From an uncultured delta proteobacterium (lineage in GTDB: Bacteria > Myxococcota_A > Polyangia > Polyangiales > Polyangiaceae): a stretch of 64,000 bases of DNA. The position numbers were made by a program, and so were the translations under genes. The notes under the pieces are model-generated. The model ran no database searches. It was not told the DNA's origin and saw only the letters and a list, made by a program, of their open reading frames with translations. Below, piece after piece: positions 10,901-21,324 of this stretch; position 1 is the first letter of the stretch; each line of letters opens with the position of its first letter. Where the stretch lies: positions 96,001-160,000 of the forward strand of contig CAVQUB010000013.1 of the NCBI GenBank assembly GCA_963716725.1, written 5' to 3'.

Positions 10901-13536
10901 CCGTCGCAGGTCTCGCCTCCGTTGCACAGATCGGCGTCGTTACAGGCAGTGCCGGCCGCCACTGGCGTGTGGACCACACCGCCCAGCGGCGAGCACGAGT
11001 CCGCGGTGCAGGGGTTGCCGTCGTCGATGGCGACCGGCGTGCCTCCGCCACACGCTCCCGTGGAACAGCTCTCTGCAACGGTGCACGCATTGCCGTCGTC
11101 GCACGAAGCGCCGTCTGCCTTCGGCGGGTTCGAGCAGATGCCGGTGGCAGGCGCGCACGTGCCCGCGTCGTGGCACTGGTCGAGCGCGGTACACGCGACC
11201 GGACTCCCTCCGGCGCAGCTGCCGGCGTTGCACGTGTCGGTCTGCGTGCAGGCGTCGCCGTCGTCGCAGCTCGCGCCGTTTGCCTTGGGCGGGTTCGAGC
11301 AGGTGCCCGTGCTCGGGTTGCACGTGCCCGCCACGTGGCACTGGTCGGTGGCAGTGCAGACGATCGGGTTCGATCCTGCGCATGCGCCGGACTGACAGCT
11401 GTCGGTCTGCGTGCAAGCGTCGCCGTCGTCGCAGTTCGAGCCGGTCGCCTTGGCGGGGTTCGTGCACGCTCCGGTAGCGGGGTTGCATGTGCCGGCGTCG
11501 TGGCACTGATCGGAGGCCGTGCAGACCACCGGATTCGAGCCGGCACACGTCCCGGCCTGACAGGTGTCGGTCTGCGTGCAGGCGTTGCCGTCGTCGCAGG
11601 CGGAACCCGTCAGCGGGGCGTGGACCACGCCGGTCTGCGGATCGCAAGAATCCGCGGTGCAGGCGTCGCCGTCATCGACGTTCGGCGGCGTTCCGGCCTG
11701 ACAGGCTCCGCCGGCGTTGCAGGTCTCGGCGCCGTTGCAGGCGTTGCCGTCGCTGCACGAGGTGCCCGCGGCGACGGGCGTGTGAGAGACGCCACTGGTC
11801 GGGTTGCACGCATCCGTCGTGCACGGGTTGCCGTCGTCGGTGGGCAGCGCGGTCCCGGCCTGGCAGCTGCCCGCACCGTCGCAGGTCTCGGCGCCGTCGC
11901 AGACGTTGCCGTTCGAGCAGCTCGCGCCCGAGGCCAGCGGGTCGTGGTGGACTTGGCCGGTGCCCGGATCGCACGAGTCCGCTGTGCAGGGATTTCCGTC
12001 GTCGATCGGGCCCGAGCACGGCGTTGTCACGTCCTTCGTCAGCTGCACGCCTTCGCCCACCGACACGTCGCGGGCGACGAACACACCGTTAGCGACGCTG
12101 CCCTGCTTGATCCAGAGCGTTCCATTGGGTGCCAGCACCCTCGCGATCAAGGTGTTGTCGAAGCCGATGGCCGCGGCCTTTGGCGTCCCGCCGAGGTTGC
12201 CGCTCGAACCGTTGATGCCCTCGACGAACACCTGCACGTCCGGCGCGCCGAGCCCCGAGCCCGTCGCTGGCCCGAGATACGCGCCTTGCCCGGGCTCCAG
12301 TCGGTTCTTGATCCGGATCTCGCACGGCGCGGCGCACTCCACGCGGCTCTTGTCGCCGAGGTTGAGTCCGCTGAGGTTGTAGATGCCGCCGCTCAGCGTG
12401 AGCACAGTGGGATCTGCGGTGGTGCCGGCCCTCAGCAGCACGTCGCCGTAGCTGCCCGCTGCGAGCGTCAGGTCTTGCTTCTGCTCCAAGGTCACCGGCG
12501 TCGTGCCCGCGCTGAACGTCGGGAACGCGGGCACGGTGATGGCGAGCGGCAGCGCCAGCGGCGTGACCGTGGCGCCGCTGATGCTGCCGTTGTTCACGAG
12601 CGTGTTCGTGCGCACGTCGCCGTTCACCGCGCCGCCCTGCTTGATGCGCACGCGGTTCGCGCTCACCGTGCCGTTGACGGTCACGTTCTGCCCCACTACC
12701 GCTTCGGCGGAGTCGGCGAGCACCGGGCCTGGGCTCGCGTCGATGACGGCGACGGTGCCGTTCACGGTGGACGTGACCGTGCTGTGCTCCTTCAGCCAGA
12801 CGCTGTTCAGCGCCACCACCGCTTCGGCGGGCCAACTCGTGCCGGTCACCCACGTCGGATCGACGACGATCGGGTAGACCAGCCCCGTCGTGTCGAGCTT
12901 GGCGATCAGGACGGCGTCGCCGCGGGTGGTGTCGAGCGTGAGCTCGAGCGCGCGCGTCGTGCCCGCCGCGTCCACGGCGTAGGCCGGCAGCGTGCGGAGC
13001 TGCGGCCGCCCCGCGTCGTCGAGGACCTCGACGCTGCCCTTCTCGAGTCGCAGCGTTCCGTTGGCCTTCAGCCGGTAGCGCGCCGTCGCGGGGGCTTTCG
13101 CAGAGCGGAGGATGCGGAGCTCCTCGAAGCGCGCGCCGTGCGCCGCGATCAAGACGTCGGTGTCGGTGAAGGCGTCGCGGTAGATGACCTTGCCGTCGTC
13201 GATCTCTGCTTGCCGGTCGGCTGCACCCTCGGATCGCAACTCGAGGTGGATCGCGTTCGCCGACAGCTTCGTCGCGCCGTCGGCGCGCGGCGGCGCGATG
13301 GCGCTGAGCGTCGCGCGACCTTGCTTCGGTTGGTTCGAGAACCCACCGGCATTTGCGGCGAGGACGCTGCCCTGCGCAAGCGCGACGGCTTGCGCGGGCA
13401 GGGTCGATCGCGCGGCGACCGGAGCGCTGGCCGACGACGAGGGTTGCGGCTCTCGATCGCCACCGCACGCGCCAACCGCGAACACAGTAATGACCGCGCC
13501 CCAGCACAGACCACGAATGCCTCGCGCCCCAGACAT
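4977..13536 (-). CDS. Giant (~2850 aa) lipoprotein, teneurin-like/YD-RHS polymorphic toxin: lipobox, beta-helix-like region, Cys-rich DDGNPCT repeats, carboxypeptidase-regulatory-like domain, NHL propeller, YD shell, RHS core, C-terminal tip; +1 frameshift at ~9266
   Basis: ORFs 9115..13536 and 4977..9338 join as FTWDGK-DAFGR if one A of the AAAA run (9265-9268) is removed; VGAC lipobox; GDGGPATAASL NHL repeats; RDYDARVGRWTGKDPIG core. Confidence 0.9.
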
Positions 13537-14108
13537 ACTCGCCGCTCCCTGCGAGGCAACCCGACGCCCCGCTCATGGACGAGTACCACCGCGCGGTTCG
13601 AGTCGGGGACGAAGAGATCTGGTACGCCGCTGAAAGGTACTACCCGCGCACACAGCGCGCGACGCTTGCCTCAGCGCGCGCCACGAGGGCGTCGTCGCAT
13701 TGACACTCATTTGCACAACCTGACCGAGCTGACGGTTGCGTGACGACGCGAAGCGTGCGCCAGCTCGAATTCTCGCGCGCGCGATCGAGCAAAGCTTACG
13801 TCGCGTCACACTTGCCGAAGGCGAGCACGTGGAATGCTGGGACTCTCGCTGGCGGCCGTCTCGCCGTGGGACAGATACGACAACGAAACACCCGCGGTCC
13901 CCGCCTTCGGCGCGAACGCGCGGGTCAAGCGGCGCGCCGCCCGCTGTAGCGACAAGAGCGGTCGCAGGCCGGAGCGATTTCCTCGTGGTGTCACGTGTCA
14001 CGCGACCGCGCCGCGCCAGAGCGCGCCCACGAGCTGCGACAGTCCGCGTCGGACCTTCACGCGCGTCGGGAGCGCCTGCCGGCCCGTGGTTCGCATTTGC
14101 CAGCTCGA

Positions 14109-15225
14109 GCGCGTAAGGCAATCGAACTGCCAAATTCCACCGAGTCGAAGGGTACGCGGCGTCGATGGTCGGGTCGAGTGCTGCCCACGAACCCCTGCGG
14201 GGCGGCCGAAAGGCGCCGTTCGGCAGAGCTTCTCCGCGTCGCGCCCGGCGCAGGACACAGCTCCGCCCTCGGCGAGGCGCTCACCGACGCCTCACCCCTC
14301 CCCGAACCCCAACATCAACTGCTCGGGCACGCGCACCTTCGCGTGCTCGACCGGTGGCGCTCGCGGCCCGAGGCCATGCTCCGCGAGCAAGCGGGTGCTC
14401 TCCGCGCGCGTCTTGGCGAGCTCGGCCCAGCGCATCGGACCCGAGCAGCGCGGGCAGGTCTCGACGTCGGCGGCGAAGACATGCGCGAGCAGCCACGCCC
14501 AGCGGTTGCGCGGCGCCGGCGCGTCGTCCCGCTCGCCGAGCAGCTCGAGCTGATCGCCGCGCGCGGGAGGGGGCTTGTTCGCGGTCGCGTCGCGCGTGGG
14601 CGTCGGGACGACGCGCCGGCGCCGCGAAGAGTGGCTCGACAAGACGCCGAAGTAGCGGAGCAAATGGAATCGTGGCGGCGGCACCGCGGCGACCAGACGC
14701 GGGATGATGTCCGCGGGCTCGAACACGAGCGCGCGCGTGCCGTCCCGCCACGCCCGCTTGAAGCCGAGCTCGAGCTTGCCGTCCGCGCGGCGCTCGAGGC
14801 GGTCCTGCGCGACGGGAGGGCGTGTAATGTACTTGCAGAGCCGCTCCACTCTCCGGCGATCCCGGCCGTCCACGACCTGCACGGCGTGGATGTTGATGCC
14901 GCGGACCTCGGCGATGGGCTGGTCGGTCGCGTCGACGATGGGCTGGTCGGTCGCGTCGACGGCGCGAGGGCGCGCGGGTGGCTCCGGCGACGCGATGAGT
15001 CGGAGCGGCGGCTGGCCGGCGCGGTCTCCGCTGACCGAGATGCCCCGGGCCGCAGCGGCGTAGCAGGCAGCGAGGCCGGGCTCGTCGAGGGCGAGGTCGG
15101 GTGGTGAGCCGTCGTCGAGCTCGGGGTCGAGGCTCCGTCCGTGCGCGCGCAGGATCTTCTCGATGCGTGTCGCCGTGCGTGACGCGACCTCCGCGATGTC
15201 GGCGTGCGATGGCGTGTCGAGCTCG
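14109..15225 (-). mobile_element. Partial ISCR/IS91-type element (ori end plus 3' part of the transposase), tandem unit 1
   Basis: Identical by eye to 16469-17585; diverges from the full copy after GGCGTGTCGAGCTCG. Confidence 0.9.
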
Positions 15226-15288
15226 GCACCGAGCATGCGCGGTAGCGCGTCGGGTATGATCTGCCACGACACCCCGAACCGATCGGTG
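15226..15288 (-). other. Captured 63-bp fragment of a VOC/PhnB-like gene (second copy at 16406-16468)
   Basis: Translates TDRFGVSWQIIPDALPRMLG, resembling the (K/T)D(K/R)FGVSWQIVP motif of PhnB/VOC proteins. Confidence 0.7.
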
Positions 15289-16405
15289 GCGCGTAAGGCA
15301 ATCGAACTGCCAAATTCCACCGAGTCGAAGGGTACGCGGCGTCGATGGTCGGGTCGAGTGCTGCCCACGAACCCCTGCGGGGCGGCCGAAAGGCGCCGTT
15401 CGGCAGAGCTTCTCCGCGTCGCGCCCGGCGCAGGACACAGCTCCGCCCTCGGCGAGGCGCTCACCGACGCCTCACCCCTCCCCGAACCCCAACATCAACT
15501 GCTCGGGCACGCGCACCTTCGCGTGCTCGACCGGTGGCGCTCGCGGCCCGAGGCCATGCTCCGCGAGCAAGCGGGTGCTCTCCGCGCGCGTCTTGGCGAG
15601 CTCGGCCCAGCGCATCGGACCCGAGCAGCGCGGGCAGGTCTCGACGTCGGCGGCGAAGACATGCGCGAGCAGCCACGCCCAGCGGTTGCGCGGCGCCGGC
15701 GCGTCGTCCCGCTCGCCGAGCAGCTCGAGCTGATCGCCGCGCGCGGGAGGGGGCTTGTTCGCGGTCGCGTCGCGCGTGGGCGTCGGGACGACGCGCCGGC
15801 GCCGCGAAGAGTGGCTCGACAAGACGCCGAAGTAGCGGAGCAAATGGAATCGTGGCGGCGGCACCGCGGCGACCAGACGCGGGATGATGTCCGCGGGCTC
15901 GAACACGAGCGCGCGCGTGCCGTCCCGCCACGCCCGCTTGAAGCCGAGCTCGAGCTTGCCGTCCGCGCGGCGCTCGAGGCGGTCCTGCGCGACGGGAGGG
16001 CGTGTAATGTACTTGCAGAGCCGCTCCACTCTCCGGCGATCCCGGCCGTCCACGACCTGCACGGCGTGGATGTTGATGCCGCGGACCTCGGCGATGGGCT
16101 GGTCGGTCGCGTCGACGATGGGCTGGTCGGTCGCGTCGACGGCGCGAGGGCGCGCGGGTGGCTCCGGCGACGCGATGAGTCGGAGCGGCGGCTGGCCGGC
16201 GCGGTCTCCGCTGACCGAGATGCCCCGGGCCGCAGCGGCGTAGCAGGCAGCGAGGCCGGGCTCGTCGAGGGCGAGGTCGGGTGGTGAGCCGTCGTCGAGC
16301 TCGGGGTCGAGGCTCCGTCCGTGCGCGCGCAGGATCTTCTCGATGCGTGTCGCCGTGCGTGACGCGACCTCCGCGATGTCGGCGTGCGATGGCGTGTCGA
16401 GCTCG
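15289..16405 (-). mobile_element. Partial ISCR/IS91-type element, tandem unit 2
   Basis: Exact 1180-bp period: GCGTAAGGCA starts at 14111, 15291 and 16471. Confidence 0.9.
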
Positions 16406-16468
16406 GCACCGAGCATGCGCGGTAGCGCGTCGGGTATGATCTGCCACGACACCCCGAACCGATTGGTG

Positions 16469-18477
16469 GCGCGTAAGGCAATCGAACTGCCAAATTCCAC
16501 CGAGTCGAAGGGTACGCGGCGTCGATGGTCGGGTCGAGTGCTGCCCACGAACCCCTGCGGGGCGGCCGAAAGGCGCCGTTCGGCAGAGCTTCTCCGCGTC
16601 GCGCCCGGCGCAGGACACAGCTCCGCCCTCGGCGAGGCGCTCACCGACGCCTCACCCCTCCCCGAACCCCAACATCAACTGCTCGGGCACGCGCACCTTC
16701 GCGTGCTCGACCGGTGGCGCTCGCGGCCCGAGGCCATGCTCCGCGAGCAAGCGGGTGCTCTCCGCGCGCGTCTTGGCGAGCTCGGCCCAGCGCATCGGAC
16801 CCGAGCAGCGCGGGCAGGTCTCGACGTCGGCGGCGAAGACATGCGCGAGCAGCCACGCCCAGCGGTTGCGCGGCGCCGGCGCGTCGTCCCGCTCGCCGAG
16901 CAGCTCGAGCTGATCGCCGCGCGCGGGAGGGGGCTTGTTCGCGGTCGCGTCGCGCGTGGGCGTCGGGACGACGCGCCGGCGCCGCGAAGAGTGGCTCGAC
17001 AAGACGCCGAAGTAGCGGAGCAAATGGAATCGTGGCGGCGGCACCGCGGCGACCAGACGCGGGATGATGTCCGCGGGCTCGAACACGAGCGCGCGCGTGC
17101 CGTCCCGCCACGCCCGCTTGAAGCCGAGCTCGAGCTTGCCGTCCGCGCGGCGCTCGAGGCGGTCCTGCGCGACGGGAGGGCGTGTAATGTACTTGCAGAG
17201 CCGCTCCACTCTCCGGCGATCCCGGCCGTCCACGACCTGCACGGCGTGGATGTTGATGCCGCGGACCTCGGCGATGGGCTGGTCGGTCGCGTCGACGATG
17301 GGCTGGTCGGTCGCGTCGACGGCGCGAGGGCGCGCGGGTGGCTCCGGCGACGCGATGAGTCGGAGCGGCGGCTGGCCGGCGCGGTCTCCGCTGACCGAGA
17401 TGCCCCGGGCCGCAGCGGCGTAGCAGGCAGCGAGGCCGGGCTCGTCGAGGGCGAGGTCGGGTGGTGAGCCGTCGTCGAGCTCGGGGTCGAGGCTCCGTCC
17501 GTGCGCGCGCAGGATCTTCTCGATGCGTGTCGCCGTGCGTGACGCGACCTCCGCGATGTCGGCGTGCGATGGCGTGTCGAGCTCGCGGAACTCGAGCGGA
17601 GCGCTCGGGTCGTCGTCCTGATGCACGTACACGCCGTCGAGCACGAGCGCGTGGAAGTGGACGTTGAGCCGGAGGGCGCTGTCCGCGCGCTGTACGGCCA
17701 CCACCGCGCCCGTGTGGGCGACCGCCATGCTGCCGAGGCCGAGCTCACGCTTCGCTCGCCAGCGCAGCGAGCGGTCCACCTCAGCCATGAACGCGCTCAC
17801 GACCTCGGCGCAGAGCTTGCGGTCGTAGCCGAGCAAGGCGCGCAGGCCCCACGGCAGCGAGCAGATCCAGTGACGGATGGGCACGCGCGGCAGGACGCTT
17901 TGCTCCAAGTGGACGGCGGTGTCCGCCATCCGACGACCGAGGCAAGAGGGGCAGAATCCCCTCTTCTTGCAGCTCAGCGCCACCAGCTCGGAGTACCCGC
18001 ATTTGCGGCAAACCAGATGCAGACAGCCCCGCTCCAGCCGCCCGCAGCGAAGGTACTCCTCGAACTCCTTCACCACGAAGCGCGGCAAGCCGCCGTGCTC
18101 TTCGGCGCGCTCGAGGAACTTCGGCCAGTGCGCTTCGACCGTCTGATAGAGCACGGTGCTCTCCGGCCGGTGACGGAGACGCGACCGCTCGGGCTTGGGG
18201 AAGGCGTGCGCGGGGTGGCCCACGTCACGGGCGCATCAGCGAGCGGCGTGCCAGCGGGATGAGGGCAAAAACCCGCTGGATTTGCCCCTCGCGAGGTGGC
18301 GAAGTGGCGAAGTCAGGTGGCGGTCGGCGACCATGGGCGCGGGGGCGCTCCTTGGAGTCGAGGTCGGCGGCTCGCCCGCCCCGACCGACCCGGTCAGTCG
18401 AGAGGCAGCCCGAAGGCACCACCATCCAGGTCGGCCTCGACGGCGAGACGTTCACGTTCACGGCGTGAGGGTGGGCG
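16469..18477 (-). mobile_element. Full ISCR/IS91-family rolling-circle element (~2009 bp)
   Basis: Boundaries defined by identity with 30927-32935; ori-like end on the minus strand GCAGTTCGATTGCCTTACGC; no terminal IRs or TSD. Confidence 0.9.
16652..18223 (-). CDS. tnpA: IS91/ISCR-family HUH transposase
   Basis: Zn-binding CRKC...SCKKRGFCPSC, HUH motif NVHFHAL, single-Tyr RLCKYITRP; 24-bp duplication VDATDQPI x2. Confidence 0.95.
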   Translation of the reverse strand: MGHPAHAFPKPERSRLRHRPESTVLYQTVEAHWPKFLERAEEHGGLPRFVVKEFEEYLRCGRLERGCLHLVCRKCGYSELVALSCKKRGFCPSCLGRRMADTAVHLEQSVLPRVPIRHWICSLPWGLRALLGYDRKLCAEVVSAFMAEVDRSLRWRAKRELGLGSMAVAHTGAVVAVQRADSALRLNVHFHALVLDGVYVHQDDDPSAPLEFRELDTPSHADIAEVASRTATRIEKILRAHGRSLDPELDDGSPPDLALDEPGLAACYAAAARGISVSGDRAGQPPLRLIASPEPPARPRAVDATDQPIVDATDQPIAEVRGINIHAVQVVDGRDRRRVERLCKYITRPPVAQDRLERRADGKLELGFKRAWRDGTRALVFEPADIIPRLVAAVPPPRFHLLRYFGVLSSHSSRRRRVVPTPTRDATANKPPPARGDQLELLGERDDAPAPRNRWAWLLAHVFAADVETCPRCSGPMRWAELAKTRAESTRLLAEHGLGPRAPPVEHAKVRVPEQLMLGFGEG

Positions 18478-18703
18478 GGCGGAGCGTCGTGCTCTTCCCG
18501 CTCCCGTTGGCGCCCAGGAGGGCGACGGACTGCCCCGCTTCGACCTCGAAGCTGACGTCGCTGAGCGCCCAATAGAGGTCTTCGGACTCGATCTCCGCGG
18601 CGCGCCCCGGCCACATCTCGCGCAAGATGAAGGACGCCAGGTGCCGGCGACGATACGCCTTGCTGACCTCTTGGAAGCGGACGGCCAGCGTAGGTTCAGA
18701 CAT
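18478..18703 (-). pseudogene. wzt: Wzt-like ABC ATPase, truncated by the IS just after Walker A
   Basis: YWALSDVSFEVEAGQSVALLGANGSGKSTTLR followed by IS sequence. Confidence 0.85.
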
Positions 18704-19619
18704 GATCGGCCACGACGTGCGCGAAGCGACCGTAGACCAAGGTGCCCAAGACCAGCACGCCCACGCAGCCGCAGACTGCGGCTCCGAGCACGCTGGCGGG
18801 TGGCATTTGGCCGTTGAGCACGATGTCGCGGATGCACTGGATCAGCGAGGCCATGGGATTGAGCAGCATCAACTGGCGCGGGAGTCCTTGGAGCTTCTCC
18901 AACGGATACGCGATGGGCGTCGCCCAGAAGAGCACCACCAGGGCCGAGTTCACGATGTAGCCGACGTCCCGGTAGACCACGTTCAGGACTCCACTCGTCA
19001 GCGCGAGGCCGAGACCCAGTGCCACGAGCAACAGCACGATCAAGGGCAGGGCCAGGAGCGCGGCCGAGACCTGGAACGCTTCGGGGTAGAAGGCGATCAA
19101 GGGCAGGATGCTCAGCGCCGCGAACCCGAGGTTGATCACGTGGGACAAGACTGTGCCGAGGGCGACGATCCAGGCGGGGACGCTGGTGTGCTTGATCACC
19201 TGAGCGTGATGCAGGAAGCATGTCGTCCCGTCAGTCCAGGCGTGGGACAAGAAGTGCCAAGGCACGAGCCCCAGCATCAGGAACACCGGGTACGCCCGGA
19301 GGTCTCCGGGGAAGATCAGCCCGAAGAACACGCTCATCACGATCATCAGGATGATCGGGTTGGCCATGGGCCAAAGCAGACCCAGGGCTTGGGCGCGGTA
19401 GGCCGCCCGAAAGCGCCCGATCGTGAACGCTTCCAGTGCGTGAACGTGCTCGCGGAGCTCGATCGAGGCGTTGCGGAGCCGCGACCGCTGTCGGGCGCGA
19501 TCGCCAAAGACCGTCCCATCGGGGGTGTGGTGCCGCCACGTCGCGTCTCGGCTGGTCACCCGGCGATCCTTACCTCCCCGCGGCGTCGGCGGAAACGGGT
19601 TAGAGTCCGGAGCGCGCAT
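18696..19619 (-). CDS. wzm: Wzm-like ABC-2 polysaccharide export permease (start uncertain)
   Basis: FRAAYRAQALGLLWPMANP...YRDVGYIV...FWATPIAYP...LNPM motifs; overlaps the wzt start. Confidence 0.85.
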   Translation of the reverse strand: MRAPDSNPFPPTPRGGKDRRVTSRDATWRHHTPDGTVFGDRARQRSRLRNASIELREHVHALEAFTIGRFRAAYRAQALGLLWPMANPIILMIVMSVFFGLIFPGDLRAYPVFLMLGLVPWHFLSHAWTDGTTCFLHHAQVIKHTSVPAWIVALGTVLSHVINLGFAALSILPLIAFYPEAFQVSAALLALPLIVLLLVALGLGLALTSGVLNVVYRDVGYIVNSALVVLFWATPIAYPLEKLQGLPRQLMLLNPMASLIQCIRDIVLNGQMPPASVLGAAVCGCVGVLVLGTLVYGRFAHVVADHV

Positions 19620-19643
19620 CGGGCAAATGCCGGGTTTTAGCCA

Positions 19644-20085
19644 GTACGATGAGTCCGCGCTCGTGCGCCCGGTACTTCTGCACCGTTCGCTTGGCGACGT
19701 GGATGCCGAGTTTCAGGAGCTCTCCGCGGATCGGAGCGCATCGGCCGCGAGCCCGACCAGCACAGGCTGGGTCGTCGCCGCTGCACGCGCGATCGAGCGA
19801 CGCGTCGGGCGAGAAGCCCGGACCACGGCGCAGACGTCGCCGCACGCTGAAAGGAACGAGCCAACGCCGCGATGCACGAGATGCAGCGGTGCGCTCGCCG
19901 CGCGCGCCCCGACGAGCTGCGCATCGCGCCATCGCCCGATGAGCGCTCGATCTTCCGGCTTCACGCGGGGCCCGTTGACTGCGACGCCGACTTCCGCGCG
20001 AGTAGAGCCGAAACCCGTGACGGTGCCAGCGCGTGATCGTTCGGGTCGGCAAGAGCGCGTTCGCCCAGTGACGTGCGAAAGCGGC
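19644..20085 (-). pseudogene. Scrambled relic of the integrase-core IS gene seen at 32936-33520
   Basis: Pieces ELLKLGIHVAKRTVQKY and TITRWHRHGFRL occur in permuted order. Confidence 0.75.
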
Positions 20086-20351
20086 TTCGTGCACCCGGAC
20101 ATGCTCGGCGCGCTGCGCATCGAGTGGCTCCCCACCGTTGACGCAGCTCGCGCCGTGCACAAGCGCAACGCCACCGACGAGCGCGTGGTCGCAGACCAGC
20201 GCGGGCGTCGCGTGCTCACGATCTGGGCAGAGCCCCGGGGGCAGCAGGTGTTCGACCGGTCAACCGCGGAGCGGGTCTTCAGGCTCTTGCTGAGCGGCGA
20301 GGGCGCGCCGCGCGAAGACTGAGACGCGTTGCTCCGCCGTCGCAGGTCGAA

Positions 20352-21073
20352 TCACTGTGGGCGGTGCCGGTAGCGGCCGTGGGGGCGCAGGCGTCGAGCC
20401 GCGGTAGAGTCCTTGCGGAGGTTCACCCGGAAGCCCCAGCCCTCGCGGCTCTCGAGGATCCACGCCAGCTCGCCCAGCGCCGCGCGCAGGCGCAGCACCC
20501 ACAGGCGGACGCGCTCTGCTTCGGCAGGAGCCTCGGCGGGGGACAGCTCCCTGGCGATGACCTCTGCCGTGACCCACGCGCCGCGGCGCTGGAGCAACAA
20601 GAGCAGAAGCGCGTAGCCCTGTGGCGTCAGCTTTACGGGTCGATCGTCGAACCGCACCACGCGCGGCTCTGGGTCGAGCTGCACCCGGATCTCTTCGGAG
20701 GCGGGGTCGCCGGACAGGCGGCGGATCAGGCTCGCTACCTGGACCGGAAAGACCTGCGGATCGAGGGGCAGCGACAACCACAGGTGAGCGCCCCCGCGGT
20801 ATCCATCGACCACCACGCTCTTCGCCGCCGCGTGGGCAGCCACGACGATCAGGCCGAAAAACCCGCTCTGCGCGAGCTCCGCGGCCCGCACTGCGCCCCA
20901 GCGTCCGTCGCTTGCCGTCGGCGAGCAGCACCGCCTCGGCGCTGTCGCTGGCGCTCTGCCCGGCGGGCTGAAACCAGATCAAGGGCTTACCCAGCGCGCG
21001 ACCGTCTGCCGCGTGGATCTGCTCGAGTGCGAGCGCCTCGACATCGCGCGTCTCGACCACGACGAGCGGCATG
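20352..21073 (-). CDS. Atypical OmpR-type regulator (degenerate receiver plus winged-helix), frameshift near 20900
   Basis: C-terminal VKLTPQGYALLLLLLQRRG...VRLWVLRLRAAL...ESREGWGFR is Trans_reg_C-like; the N-terminal part MPLVVVETRD lies in another frame. Confidence 0.65.
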
Positions 21074-21133
21074 CGAAGCACGCGCGTTCCCGACCCGAAC
21101 TGCGATTGCTTCACGGGCCGGAGCATACCGAGG

Positions 21134-21242
21134 CGCATGACACGTGTCATGCGACCGATGCAACGCGCGTTGCGAGCGGAGTGGTGCAAGCGCGCGAAGC
21201 TGCGTGCCGCGTGTCTCCCAAAATGAAACGCGCGTTTCATTT
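21134..21242. promoter_or_regulatory. Two perfect palindromes (candidate operators) in the divergent promoter region
   Basis: CGCATGACACGTGTCATGCG (21134-21153) and AAATGAAACGCGCGTTTCATTT (21221-21242). Confidence 0.55.
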
Positions 21243-21324
21243 CGACGCTCGCCACGCGGATGCCATCGCAGAGTTGCTTGCGTGAAGCGTCGCCAATCGC
21301 GCAACGTGCGCTCGGAGGCAACGC

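Noticed and set aside
10600..12030. CRISPR-like or non-coding repeat array
   Set aside because: The repeats are coding Cys-rich protein repeats without constant repeat/unique spacer structure.
10525..13743. 1072-aa plus-strand ORF and similar long antisense ORFs (e.g. 5193-7340, 44885-47146)
   Set aside because: Shadow ORFs of high-GC genes on the opposite strand; Arg/Ala-rich with no motifs.
14292..16644. 390-aa ORFs as independent transposases
   Set aside because: They are chimeric read-throughs of the partial units and lack the Zn-binding and HUH motifs.
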